Made by a program: the position numbers and the translations under genes. This document shows positions 11,076-21,576 of a DNA stretch of 64,000 bases, in pieces. The notes under the pieces are model-generated. The model ran no database searches, was not told the DNA's origin, and saw only the letters and a program-made list of their open reading frames with translations. The DNA is from Nitrososphaeraceae archaeon (lineage in GTDB: Archaea > Thermoproteota > Nitrososphaeria > Nitrososphaerales > Nitrososphaeraceae): NCBI GenBank assembly GCA_035250975.1, contig DATFEP010000025.1, forward strand, positions 20,835 to 84,834, given 5' to 3'. The number at the start of each line of letters is the position of its first letter. The stretch's first letter is position 1.

Positions 11076-12290
11076 ATGAAAAATGAAAATAATTTAAAAA
11101 TACTGATGGTTTCCACCGAATATCCTCCGATGCAAGGGGGAATAGGAAGATATACAAATAATTTAGTGAACGCCCTAAGAAATATTGACATTGATGTCTA
11201 TGTGTGTTCTGGAAGTGAAGGAATGGGAGAATACAAAGGACTATCCCCACACAATACAAATAATTCTCGATTTTTACTTAAAGTTGTAAATCAATTGCAC
11301 CCAGATATTGTACATATTCAAATGGAACATGGACTATATGGATTGGAACTTAATTCCTTGCTACCAGGTGCGATAACTACTTCGCTAGATTATTTTTATT
11401 CGAAATGTGTTCAACCCATAATTACTACTTTCCATTCTTCATATGACTTTATACAATGGTTAAATTTAGTGTCTATTAACCAACATAAATTCAATATTAA
11501 AAAAATAACTGAATATTGGCAACGAATTATAAACTATAAAGCCTTTCATGACTTAAATAAGCGAATTTTCCATCAAAGTAGGGCCAATATAGTATGTTCT
11601 GATTATTTATCAAAGTTGATACCAGGATGTAAAGTGATATATCATGGTGCAAATTCGTATTTGTCTCAAAATGTTTCTAAACAAGAAGCAAGGACAAAAT
11701 TGTCTTTACCAACCAGTTCAAAAATTGCTTTAGCGCAAGGATTTTTTACTTCTACTAAGGGATGGGATATTATTAACAAGATGAAAATTCCGGATGATTG
11801 GGTGATAGTTTTAAATCATTCAAAAAATCACTACAGTCAACAAAATTTTGATATCGATATTGTTAACAGTAAAAATAAGAACAGAATAATCAATCTCGAC
11901 AAAAAGTATCTTTCTGAATCTGAACTATCATTATTATTCTATGCATCAGATGTTGTAATTTTGCCGTATAAAGTATGTTCTGGTTCAGGAGTAATGTTTG
12001 ATGCATTAGCACATGGAACGCCATTTATTGCCTCTGACTTGGATTTTTTTAAAGAATTCAAAGAAATGAACTTGGGAATAGTAGTAAAAAGAAAACCAGA
12101 TGAATTTGTAAAAGCATTAAAACAGATGGATGAAAATTATTTATCTTATATATCTGCTATAGAGAAATTTAAAGTGAGATTAGATTGGAATACTATTGCC
12201 ATTCAACATATGAAAATATATGTTGATACAATAATGAGAACACATTCACCTATTGAAGAAAAAGACGAACAGGTAATAATTCAAAGATAG
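11076..12290 (+). CDS. Glycosyltransferase family 4 (GT-B)
   Basis: EYPPMQGGIGRYT, DVVILPY..SGV..DALAHGTPFIASD. Confidence 0.9.
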   Translation: MKNENNLKILMVSTEYPPMQGGIGRYTNNLVNALRNIDIDVYVCSGSEGMGEYKGLSPHNTNNSRFLLKVVNQLHPDIVHIQMEHGLYGLELNSLLPGAITTSLDYFYSKCVQPIITTFHSSYDFIQWLNLVSINQHKFNIKKITEYWQRIINYKAFHDLNKRIFHQSRANIVCSDYLSKLIPGCKVIYHGANSYLSQNVSKQEARTKLSLPTSSKIALAQGFFTSTKGWDIINKMKIPDDWVIVLNHSKNHYSQQNFDIDIVNSKNKNRIINLDKKYLSESELSLLFYASDVVILPYKVCSGSGVMFDALAHGTPFIASDLDFFKEFKEMNLGIVVKRKPDEFVKALKQMDENYLSYISAIEKFKVRLDWNTIAIQHMKIYVDTIMRTHSPIEEKDEQVIIQR

Positions 12291-13181
12291 GAAATTTTAG
12301 AGAAGGTAATCTAAAAACCTTCTATTTTTTTTAGCTTGGCATATATACAATTTTTTTTACATATGATAGCAAAATGTTTTTTAATTGTATCAAAGTGTAC
12401 AAAAGTAATACATTACTTGAGTAAAATTTTACATGTTGATAAGTAATTGTGTCATGATAGTGTTCGTACTTATTTGTCTTTAATAATAGTTAAATTATGT
12501 GTATTTTCCATTATGAAAACATATAAAATATTATTCAAATTTTACAATTCCATCTATTAGTCATCAATGATAATGAAATACTGAATTTTATTCTGTTTTA
12601 TATATATTGTTCGAATCCAGAGATAGTTTATTCCACTTCGTCGTTAAAATTTTTTATAGATAGATTATGTAGAGTTAATTATGGATATTAAACCTGTCAT
12701 CTTTATTGGAATGTTTTGGGTTTGAAAAAATATATATTGATTATCATAATTATACTAACAAGCGTTGTCATAATTGAAGTAATAATGCATATAATTTCGT
12801 CACTGACCTTTTGCTAATCGGTATAGATCTTGCAAGCGAATACAAAGATATTCTAGGAAATATGATATTTTTACCACCCAACATAAAACAAAATTAAATG
12901 ATCCTTTAGAAATTCGAACAAAATTTCTTTCGTATTTTCAAGATCTGGGTGAATATTTTGTTAAACGTAAAAAATCTATATATGTTTTTAATTTTTGTAA
13001 AACTTTAAAAAAAACGGAATTCATCTTTTTGGAAATATTACCTTTCCAGATGAATAGCTATTGGAAACAACAGTTAGATAAATACCGTTTTTTGTTTAGA
13101 ACAATTCCAATATAAAAATTTTTTTTTATTGGTAAACAATATATGATAGTATGGTAGTACAAACGATAAGAATCATTTATC

Positions 13182-13475
13182 ATGTCTTCACTTAAAGTAT
13201 ATAAGAGAAATTCAAATTTCGTAGATTTATCTGATCTGGTTGCAGATATTAGTAGTCTTGGTCTAAGTAGTGCCCTTGAAAAGTATTATGATAAACCACT
13301 TGAAAAAGAAGCCAAAAGTATAGTAGCAGGCCCTAGTTTTTTAATGTTCTTGAACAAATTATTTCATATCCATATAACTACTGGCGATATAATAAAATTG
13401 GAATGTGGAAATGAAAGCAAATACTATATGCTATCCTTAACTGGGACATGGGATGAGATAATCAAATTACAATAA
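13182..13475 (+). CDS. Hypothetical protein
   Basis: 97-aa ATG ORF isolated in AT-rich DNA. Confidence 0.65.
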   Translation: MSSLKVYKRNSNFVDLSDLVADISSLGLSSALEKYYDKPLEKEAKSIVAGPSFLMFLNKLFHIHITTGDIIKLECGNESKYYMLSLTGTWDEIIKLQ

Positions 13476-13884
13476 TACTAATCGGAATGAGTGAATTTAT
13501 AGCTAACATAATCACTATAAAATTCTGATTTATTGAAAAGATCATTTCATAATTAACAGGTATTTAAAACCCCCCACAAATGTGACTACGTTCAATTATA
13601 AAAATTAAATTAAATTAAAATTGTAAGTGTGATATTTTCAGTTTTTGTCCTAGCTTTTATAAGTTTTGATCTTGTTGAATTATTGAATTAAAGTAGAAAT
13701 TGTGTAGAGAGGTTATATCAAAAAACTGTCCATTTGTCAACAGAACAAAATTATCTATTGAAGGTTTGCTGTGATGTGTTATTTTAAGACACTAGAACAG
13801 TAATATGCCATAAGATAAGAACATTATAACATAAATTATTTGAAATAAATTATTGAATACTGAATTTATTGAAACAGTTCATCA

Positions 13885-14073
13885 TTATTTTAATTCCTTC
13901 CATCCTTCTTCCTTAGTCATCATTTCAAAATCTGGAACTATAAGTACATCTTCATCTAATAACTGATCTCCATCTTTTTTATAAAATCTTACAAAATCTC
14001 CCTCATATATTGCTAAGATTTCGTTCTTTCCATCTTTATCCTCATATGTTTTCTCTGTTTGTTCTCTATACAT
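13885..14073 (-). CDS. Small acidic hypothetical protein
   Basis: 62-aa ATG ORF with coding-like composition. Confidence 0.6.
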   Translation of the reverse strand: MYREQTEKTYEDKDGKNEILAIYEGDFVRFYKKDGDQLLDEDVLIVPDFEMMTKEEGWKELK

Positions 14074-14579
14074 AATATATATAATACATTGCCTTTAATC
14101 TATATGTTTCTATGGGTTTGGTGAATATTTAGATAATAGACTGAATAACCAAGAATATCTCCCAAAAATAGATGGGAATATAGCTATTTAGTTTCTTTAT
14201 CTTAGTCATAATTGAATCAGAACAATAAGACAAGAGGAGATGTTGGAGCAATTATGCATATGCGAGATGATCTGTGTAATGACATTAAAAATTTTTTAGC
14301 CGATGAGCAACTAGAAAACACATTACACACGAAAGTCATTCATTGTGGAATAGTCATTGATGGTATCATTTTGATTTGAGAACTGGACGTCGGTAGAAAA
14401 TGATACCAGGCTGATATGGGTCTAGTTCCAGCTTCGTAGAAGGTTTCCCGAATCAGGACAATCAGATAAGCAGAAAAGAAAATAAGGAATCTCGGAAGAA
14501 ACATCATGCAGGAAAAAGGTCGGTTAGAAAGAGAACAAATTCATGGCTAGAATTCACTATCCTAATGTAATCAAATTTA

Positions 14580-15554
14580 TTACTTTTGAATTCCATTGAT
14601 TCCTTGTGCAACTAGGATTGAATAACAACCGAGACCACATTTTTCGCATATGGGTTTTAATCCTTTATTTTCTGCACTTCCTATACAACAGGGCTGTTTG
14701 ACTCTTCCCATGTGATCTAGAGAAATAATAGCCCATGAAGGACATTGAACAGGGGTGGTTTCGACTCCTCCCCAGTTACCTTTCATCAAAGATATCTGTT
14801 TCTCAGAATTCACTACATAATCAGGATATAATCGTTTAATTGATATAATTTCATCTACGACACTGTCACGAATATCCCCAAAAGGCAGCCAAAGAGGATC
14901 ATCTTTTATAAATGGAGTATGAAATTGAAATCCTATTTTGTTTACTTTACCTCTCCATTCTTGTGCTAAAGGAATTGCGGTTGTATAATTAAGTGCATTG
15001 ATGGTCATAGTAATCCATATGTCCTTCCACGCAGGTTTTCCTTTCCTATCTGCTTCTTTTTCGATATATTCTAATATGTTGTTTCTTGTCTTTGAATAGG
15101 ATCCTTTTCCCCTGATACTATCATGAACTTCTTCTGTTCCATCAAGTGAGACCCAATAAAAATATAGATTCTCAAACTTCTTTAAAGGAAACGTACCATT
15201 GGTGACTACACAAACCCTTCTAGGCATTTCATTACAGAATAATTGTATGATGTCCGGCCTTAACAATGGTTCACCGCCAACGAGGGTAACCACAAAGATA
15301 TTTTGCTTTTTAAATATATTATCAATTATCTTTTTCCAATCTTCAACACCTAGATCATGCTCTTCCTTTCTATTAAGCCACCAGTAGCAATGAGAGCAAT
15401 GTAAATTGCAAACATTATTGATATCAACCGAACCATATAATGCTTTTTTAGAATGAAATACCTTTATTCCTATAATTTTTTTTATGAAATTAAGATAATA
15501 TGGCATCTCATGTATTAAATCAGTTATTCCTCGGCCATAGATTAGATCTACCAT
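14580..15554 (-). CDS. Radical SAM protein with C-terminal Cys cluster (twitch/SPASM-like)
   Basis: CNLHCSHC, GGEPLL, VTNGT, VSLDG; C-terminal CPSW...CC...CEKCGLGC. Confidence 0.9.
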   Translation of the reverse strand: MVDLIYGRGITDLIHEMPYYLNFIKKIIGIKVFHSKKALYGSVDINNVCNLHCSHCYWWLNRKEEHDLGVEDWKKIIDNIFKKQNIFVVTLVGGEPLLRPDIIQLFCNEMPRRVCVVTNGTFPLKKFENLYFYWVSLDGTEEVHDSIRGKGSYSKTRNNILEYIEKEADRKGKPAWKDIWITMTINALNYTTAIPLAQEWRGKVNKIGFQFHTPFIKDDPLWLPFGDIRDSVVDEIISIKRLYPDYVVNSEKQISLMKGNWGGVETTPVQCPSWAIISLDHMGRVKQPCCIGSAENKGLKPICEKCGLGCYSILVAQGINGIQK

Positions 15555-15956
15555 AAATTTGTTAGTCTTTACAAATAAATAAAGATAGTTATAAAGAAAA
15601 TAGATAACTATTAGGTTTTATTTTAATGATCAATTTAGTTCTAGTAATAAAATAAGGAATTAGATAATCATTTTAATCTTACAGTATTGGGTATTGAATA
15701 TTGTTATTTTCTAAATATTACTATATCATATGGAATTTGATATCTTATTCATTATTAGTTTTGTTAATTTAAAGAAAAAACCTAATGCCTATTTTCCTTT
15801 CAAAATCCATGTTCAATTTTCGTCAAATTTGATAATTATATAATGTATTTTATTGAAAATTAAATCATTCATGAATTTAATGATTTAACTTTAGAAAATT
15901 AGATCATTATATATATCAGTTTAACGTATAATATATTACTAGATCTAGGATAAAAA

Positions 15957-16265
15957 ATGTCATTTTTTCCACTTAGAGATTGGCATCTCAAACATATGGA
16001 AAATACAGTAGTCAAATTTGTAAAGGGACTATCTGAAAACTCCACTAATTATGAAAGGAGAATGTATAGAAAATATGGTACTATTTATAATATTCGAAGA
16101 CAAATAAATCATGATATTGTACACGGTGTAACAAACCATGAGGTCATTTCATTTTTGCAAAAAATTGAAGGAGATCCGACATTTTCTGATTTACTAAAAA
16201 ATAATGGTGCCGTTGACCGAGTATGCGAAATAAAAAAATATTTTGGATTAAATAACGAAATTTAG
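15957..16265 (+). CDS. Hypothetical protein
   Basis: 102-aa ATG ORF. Confidence 0.65.
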   Translation: MSFFPLRDWHLKHMENTVVKFVKGLSENSTNYERRMYRKYGTIYNIRRQINHDIVHGVTNHEVISFLQKIEGDPTFSDLLKNNGAVDRVCEIKKYFGLNNEI

Positions 16266-16516
16266 CTTTAATACCTTCTCTTCTTTTTCTAACGGTGGTT
16301 AGTAATCTCTTCTATGTAAAGTTAAAATTTATTCTACAATAAAATATTAGATTGATATCCATTCTAGTAGAAAATAAAGATCTCTAACGCTGCGATATCT
16401 AAATAACAATCCAAGTAACTTCTCCTATAGTATCTTGTGACTCATTATAATACATAAATTTCATTTTTCACTACCTGAAAGATGAGTTTCTAAAGTCTTT
16501 CAATTTCTAATTCTCT

Positions 16517-16891
16517 TTATTTGTATTTTTCTAGTATTTCTTCTAATCCTTTTTCACCAACTGCACCTACGGCCCTTTCGGCAACTTTTCCATTTAAAAA
16601 AACTATGAAAGTTGGAATCGCATAAACATCATATTTTACAGCAATTGATTGGTTATCATCCACATTGAGCCTTCCAAAATTTATTTTATCTGAATATTTA
16701 CTCGAGAGCTTATCAAATACAGGCAGCATAAATTTACATGGACCGCACCACGTAGCCCAAAAGTCAATTAATAAAGGCTTATTACTTTTTATTGCATAAT
16801 CAAAATTTTTTTCGGATAACTCTATAATCTTAGCCTTGTTTTCATCCATATCATTAGGGTATTTTCCAATATCTTCATTCTCTTCATACAT
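16517..16891 (-). CDS. trxA: Thioredoxin
   Basis: DFWATWCGPCK, AIPTF. Confidence 0.95.
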   Translation of the reverse strand: MYEENEDIGKYPNDMDENKAKIIELSEKNFDYAIKSNKPLLIDFWATWCGPCKFMLPVFDKLSSKYSDKINFGRLNVDDNQSIAVKYDVYAIPTFIVFLNGKVAERAVGAVGEKGLEEILEKYK

Positions 16892-17606
16892 AGATTCTTT
16901 TTTAAAAAATGATATTTAAAATTTATTGTAGAAAGACAGTAACTCAACCAAATACATTAAAATCATCACTGTTGATTTAAAAATAAAAGAACTCGTGATA
17001 TAAAAGCATTTAATGGAGATAAAATTCTGTAAAAAGTACCTAAATTTGCCTTATGAAATGTACATCTAATAAAAAGTCGATAATAGTTTCAATAAATGTA
17101 TATTTTATGAAGTATTTTAAGGGTCACTACAATTGGTAGATCGATAAGAGATAAAAATAAAATATTTTTCATAATATTTCCCAAAAAACTTGCAAAATAT
17201 AATAAAGAGATAATAATTATAGTGATTTATGGTTATTACTTCCATTTCCACATTTTAAAGAAATAATTTCCAGAATTGTCCACCGCTTAGTCAAAACATT
17301 ATTATCCAAATAAAAAACCGAATATTGGGAAATTAAATTTATCTTTTATATTCTATTATTAAAGATAATAAAGCTGATCTACTTTTGGTTCTGAAATTTT
17401 TTATTAGATTCTTTTATGATAATTATCAATTCCTTATTTCTCCAAGGCTATTCTTTTTTCGAAAATATCCTCTTTATTATATTCCTTTATTTATATAAAG
17501 GTAAAGAAATCAAATAAAATAATTCAAATATCTCGCAACATATTTGGAGTATCTTGGTATTTATAAATATCAAGATTTTTACTCTTCATTATTTAGCTAA
17601 ATATTT

Positions 17607-18786
17607 GAGGCTGGGTCATAATTCAGTTAACAAATATTGTAATGTTAACAATAGCATATAGTCAAGCTTTATGTTCCTATCAGGTATTTGATTACCATAG
17701 GATTATTTCTTTCTGTTTTACAGTTGTAGTATACGAGTATCTGATATAGCAAAACTGATAGTAGTGCTATTGCACAAGCTCTATCATATACTCTGACATG
17801 TAATGGATCTATCCTGAACGCAGATTTGATATACCCTATCAACGGTTCTATAGATGTACTTCTCAATGAATAGATAGCCTGTCCAACATTAGATTCATAA
17901 AATTCTATCAGTTTTATCCTATCAGCAGGTGTATTTTTATATCTCTGTACAGGACACACCAATCTAAATCCCATATCTGTACTGAGATCGTACAATTCAT
18001 GATCATCATATCTAGGATCTGCAGACATGAATAATGTTCTTCTGATTATTGCAACAGGTAAACTTGCTGTCAATACACTGTACATCTGATTGTCAGGTAT
18101 GATGTTGGCAGTTGTAAAATCTGCTGCCAATGGTACTATGATCGAACCTGTACTTGCTACCAGATGCAACTTGTATCCAAATATCCAGCCTTTTGTATGG
18201 CTGAATCCCCACATTGCATCTGTATCAATACCAGAATGTGGTACTACTCCCTCTTCCATAGATGATTTGTGCCAGACATATCCTCTAGCCTTGATAAGGT
18301 TACTGTCTGCTGAGAGGATAGATGTATCAATTATTTTATCAAGAACAAAAAGTTCACCCATTGTAGTAATCCCATTTTTTATATCATTAGATATTGTGAT
18401 AAGGCGTCTATCAAATGTTCTTCTGCTTGGTATTCTGGATAGTCCACATCCCTTCATTATTACCTTTCTGTTATATGATAGGTCCATTGCAAGGTATTCG
18501 TGTAATGCTCTGTTAGAATCTAATCTAAACCATATACGTACTATAAAACATCTCAAAATAACAGTAGGAGAATAGACATATGGTCTACCTCGTCTTCCTC
18601 TACTATTATTATTTTTATGTGGCCAAAGAATCAAACCAATCAAATACAAAATACTAATTAGAATAGATGTTGATCTCTTCTGCTGTGCTAGTTTGTTGGT
18701 CTGTATGGTTTTTCACCAAAACATCATACACCAACAAACTAGCTTTACTCGTTATGAAATTGGAATAATAATTATGACCCAGCCTC
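17607..18786 (-). mobile_element. Insertion sequence, 1180 bp (DDE, IS5/IS4-like)
   Basis: Perfect 17-bp TIRs GAGGCTGGGTCATAATT (17607-17623 / 18770-18786); flanking direct repeat AAATATTT (17599-17606, 18787-18794). Confidence 0.92.
17669..18649 (-). CDS. DDE transposase (possibly frameshifted at the N-terminus)
   Basis: IPSRRTFDRR, ADS, GYKLHL, ADxxYD, RxxIE motifs; lies inside the TIRs. Confidence 0.85.
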   Translation of the reverse strand: MYLIGLILWPHKNNNSRGRRGRPYVYSPTVILRCFIVRIWFRLDSNRALHEYLAMDLSYNRKVIMKGCGLSRIPSRRTFDRRLITISNDIKNGITTMGELFVLDKIIDTSILSADSNLIKARGYVWHKSSMEEGVVPHSGIDTDAMWGFSHTKGWIFGYKLHLVASTGSIIVPLAADFTTANIIPDNQMYSVLTASLPVAIIRRTLFMSADPRYDDHELYDLSTDMGFRLVCPVQRYKNTPADRIKLIEFYESNVGQAIYSLRSTSIEPLIGYIKSAFRIDPLHVRVYDRACAIALLSVLLYQILVYYNCKTERNNPMVIKYLIGT

Positions 18787-18827
18787 AAATATTTGTAACA
18801 TTCAGTAAATGACACTAAGATTTCAAA

Positions 18828-19571
18828 TTAAAGGTCAAGCAAAAATTTTACTCTATATTTCTTTTTATTTTTATCATAATCAATTTCCATCTCATGGTAG
18901 GTAACAGACTTTATTTCCAATTTATAATTGTGTTTAGAAATATTAGGAGATTCTCCCGAACCCACACATTCAATTTCATAAGTGACAGATGCTCTTCGTT
19001 CCAAATCTATTTTTTTTTCTTCAAGAATTAAATTCATATCTTCTTTGTCTCGGTTTTTATTATTGTTCTTAAAAATAGAAACAATCTGACTTTTAATTCT
19101 GTTACCGTTACTATCTTTTATGACCATCCGGGATTCCAAATATTCAAAGTGATTTATAATTATTTTATCAATATAAATTGCCAAGAGTATCTTTTCGATC
19201 CAATCGTATAACAAACTTTTCAGATCATGACCTTGTGCCACTATTTTTATGCTGGTTTTTGATTCAACCTTTTCTACATCAAACATAGCGTTCAATGTAC
19301 CTATTGCTGCATTGAGAAAGGCTTCTGTTAAAGTTTTGCCGTGTGCTTCAACTATCAAATCAGTCATATGATCCAGATATCTATACCCTCTTTTCTTAAA
19401 CGAATCTTCATCTTCTTCTTCTCTTTCATTGTCAAATTTTCTCTCATTATTTTTACCATTAAGGTATTGGTTTTCATTGATGCCATTTTCCTTTTCATTT
19501 TTAAAATCACGCCTGAAAACATTACTACTATCGTTGTTGTCTAATGATCCTTGATAACTTTCTCCCAGCAT
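18828..19571 (-). CDS. Archease with low-complexity N-terminal extension and internal insert
   Basis: YRYLDHMTD, EAFLNAA, EIKSVTYHEM, C-terminal LDL. Confidence 0.9.
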   Translation of the reverse strand: MLGESYQGSLDNNDSSNVFRRDFKNEKENGINENQYLNGKNNERKFDNEREEEDEDSFKKRGYRYLDHMTDLIVEAHGKTLTEAFLNAAIGTLNAMFDVEKVESKTSIKIVAQGHDLKSLLYDWIEKILLAIYIDKIIINHFEYLESRMVIKDSNGNRIKSQIVSIFKNNNKNRDKEDMNLILEEKKIDLERRASVTYEIECVGSGESPNISKHNYKLEIKSVTYHEMEIDYDKNKKKYRVKFLLDL

Positions 19572-19666
19572 TATGTTAAATACTAGAAAAAGATACCGTA
19601 TACTCTATATAATATTTTAATAAATCGGAAAATCTAAATCCCAAACTTTTCATCCCTTATCATACT

Positions 19667-20956
19667 TTGAAAGTAGATCTTCCAAGAGGAATGAGGGATT
19701 TAACTAGTAACGATTCATACTATATTGATTACATAAAGAGAAAATTTTTTGAGGTTGTATCAACTTACAATTTTCAGATACTAGTACCATCTCCACTAGA
19801 ACTTTTGTCTACACTCGAGGTAAAGAGTGGATCTTCGATAATAAATGAGATTTATGGATTCACTGATAAAGGCGGAAGAAGTATAGCACTTCGCTATGAC
19901 CTTACAGTTGGAATGACAAGGTTTGCAACCTCAAGACGTGATATGCGTCTTCCAATAAAGCTAGCATCCTTTGGTGGAGTCTGGAGATATGATGAACCTC
20001 AAGCAGGGCGATATAGATATTTCCATCAATGGGATATTGAGCTTTACGATACCTTCGACATCGATTCAGATGCAGAAATAATAGAATTTGTTTCCAATTT
20101 TTTTGACAAGCTTGGCATTGGTAATAGTATTATAATAGAAGTAAGTGATAGAAGGATACTTGAAGAATACATTAAATTAAACTTCAAGATAGAAAATGAG
20201 ACTCTTTTATCTGAAATCTTTAGGGCTATAGATAAAGTACCCAAAAAGGGCATACAAGTAGTCTGTCACGAATACAAAGAAGTAATAGATGAAACGTTAT
20301 TAAAAGATCTTTTACAAGTTTTCTCATTTAAAGGAGATCTGGAAGATTTAAAATCCAATCCAAAAATAAATAATTTAGAATGTATAAAATACCTTGAAAA
20401 ACTGCTTTTATCCTTAAAATATAGAAATGTTACAAACGTCAGAATAAATTTGGGAATAGTTAGAGGTCTGGACTATTATTCTGGAATGGTTTTCGAAGTA
20501 TTGGATACCAAATCTGATGTAGGTTCTCTAGTTGGTGGAGGTCGTTACGACAAACTTACGAGCGTATTTGGAAGACCGGATATTGGAGCAGCTGGTGCTG
20601 CTGGAGGAGTAGAAAGGATCATTTTAGCATTGCAATCTCGCGAAAATATTCTACCATCTGAGGAAAAAAATATAATTTATCTTGCAAATTCAGGAGACGA
20701 GGTTCGCAATCATTTATTACGTCTGGTAAATTTTCTGAGAAAAAAAGGGTTTATTATAGAATATGATATCTCCAATAGGACACTAAAAAAGCAATTAAGT
20801 GATGCCTCATCAAAAAATGCAAAAATTGCGATTATAGTGGCACCAGAAGAAATAAGCCGTCAAAAGCTAAAGTTACGCAATATGAAAACAGGTTCAGAAT
20901 CAATGGAGAAAATAAACGGAATAGAAAAAAGGATAGCTGAACTTCTTTTATTATAG
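19667..20956 (+). CDS. hisS: Histidyl-tRNA synthetase
   Basis: PRGMRD, LRYDLT, RYDEPQAGRYRYF, VRGLDYY, GGGRYD. Confidence 0.96.
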   Translation: MKVDLPRGMRDLTSNDSYYIDYIKRKFFEVVSTYNFQILVPSPLELLSTLEVKSGSSIINEIYGFTDKGGRSIALRYDLTVGMTRFATSRRDMRLPIKLASFGGVWRYDEPQAGRYRYFHQWDIELYDTFDIDSDAEIIEFVSNFFDKLGIGNSIIIEVSDRRILEEYIKLNFKIENETLLSEIFRAIDKVPKKGIQVVCHEYKEVIDETLLKDLLQVFSFKGDLEDLKSNPKINNLECIKYLEKLLLSLKYRNVTNVRINLGIVRGLDYYSGMVFEVLDTKSDVGSLVGGGRYDKLTSVFGRPDIGAAGAAGGVERIILALQSRENILPSEEKNIIYLANSGDEVRNHLLRLVNFLRKKGFIIEYDISNRTLKKQLSDASSKNAKIAIIVAPEEISRQKLKLRNMKTGSESMEKINGIEKRIAELLLL

Positions 20957-21223
20957 TCTTAACATTTGGATACTTTTCATTTTTATGATTCCACTTTGTT
21001 TTTTCTCGTATACATTTCTGATAACAAGGTCAGGTGGGTCATAACTTATGAATAAATCTCCTTCTTCTAATTCATTGATGTTATAGCTAATCAGGATATC
21101 ATCCTGATCAATGCCATTGTAGACAAGTAAATTTTTGGCCCTTTGTATTATCTCTTCATCGGATGTGTTTGGAGCTAGAAAGACTCTCTTTGAGTAATTT
21201 ATTACCATAATTATTAACAACAA
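20951..21223 (-). CDS. Hypothetical protein (start probably ATG 21208)
   Basis: ~85-90 aa ORF convergent with hisS. Confidence 0.6.
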   Translation of the reverse strand: MLLIIMVINYSKRVFLAPNTSDEEIIQRAKNLLVYNGIDQDDILISYNINELEEGDLFISYDPPDLVIRNVYEKKQSGIIKMKSIQMLRL

Positions 21224-21576
21224 GATACTTGAATAACCAATAATTAAATGTAAAAAATAACACTATATTCTTTTATCCATCTGGTTGTCTTTTTCTTGAG
21301 ATTACTAGAATCAAATTTTGGTGACTTCTCGTGATGGTCTGATTTGTTTTATTCCTTCCATCTTTTTCTTCTTATGGATGATTCCTCTTCTCTTCCCGCT
21401 TTCCACTTGATTCTTCGAATAAATGATTTTATCTTTATATGTTATAAACTAACCTCTCTTATTCTCAGCTGCAAATTTTTTTATAATTTGTCATTACAAG
21501 AACTAAAAATACTTACCAATCAAGCAAAAGGTATATTTGTATTACCTATCTATTCGTTTTTGGTATAATATTTACT

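Noticed and set aside
14220-14560. Purine-rich, higher-GC stretch resembling a gene or IS fragment
   Set aside because: No continuous frame or recognisable motif
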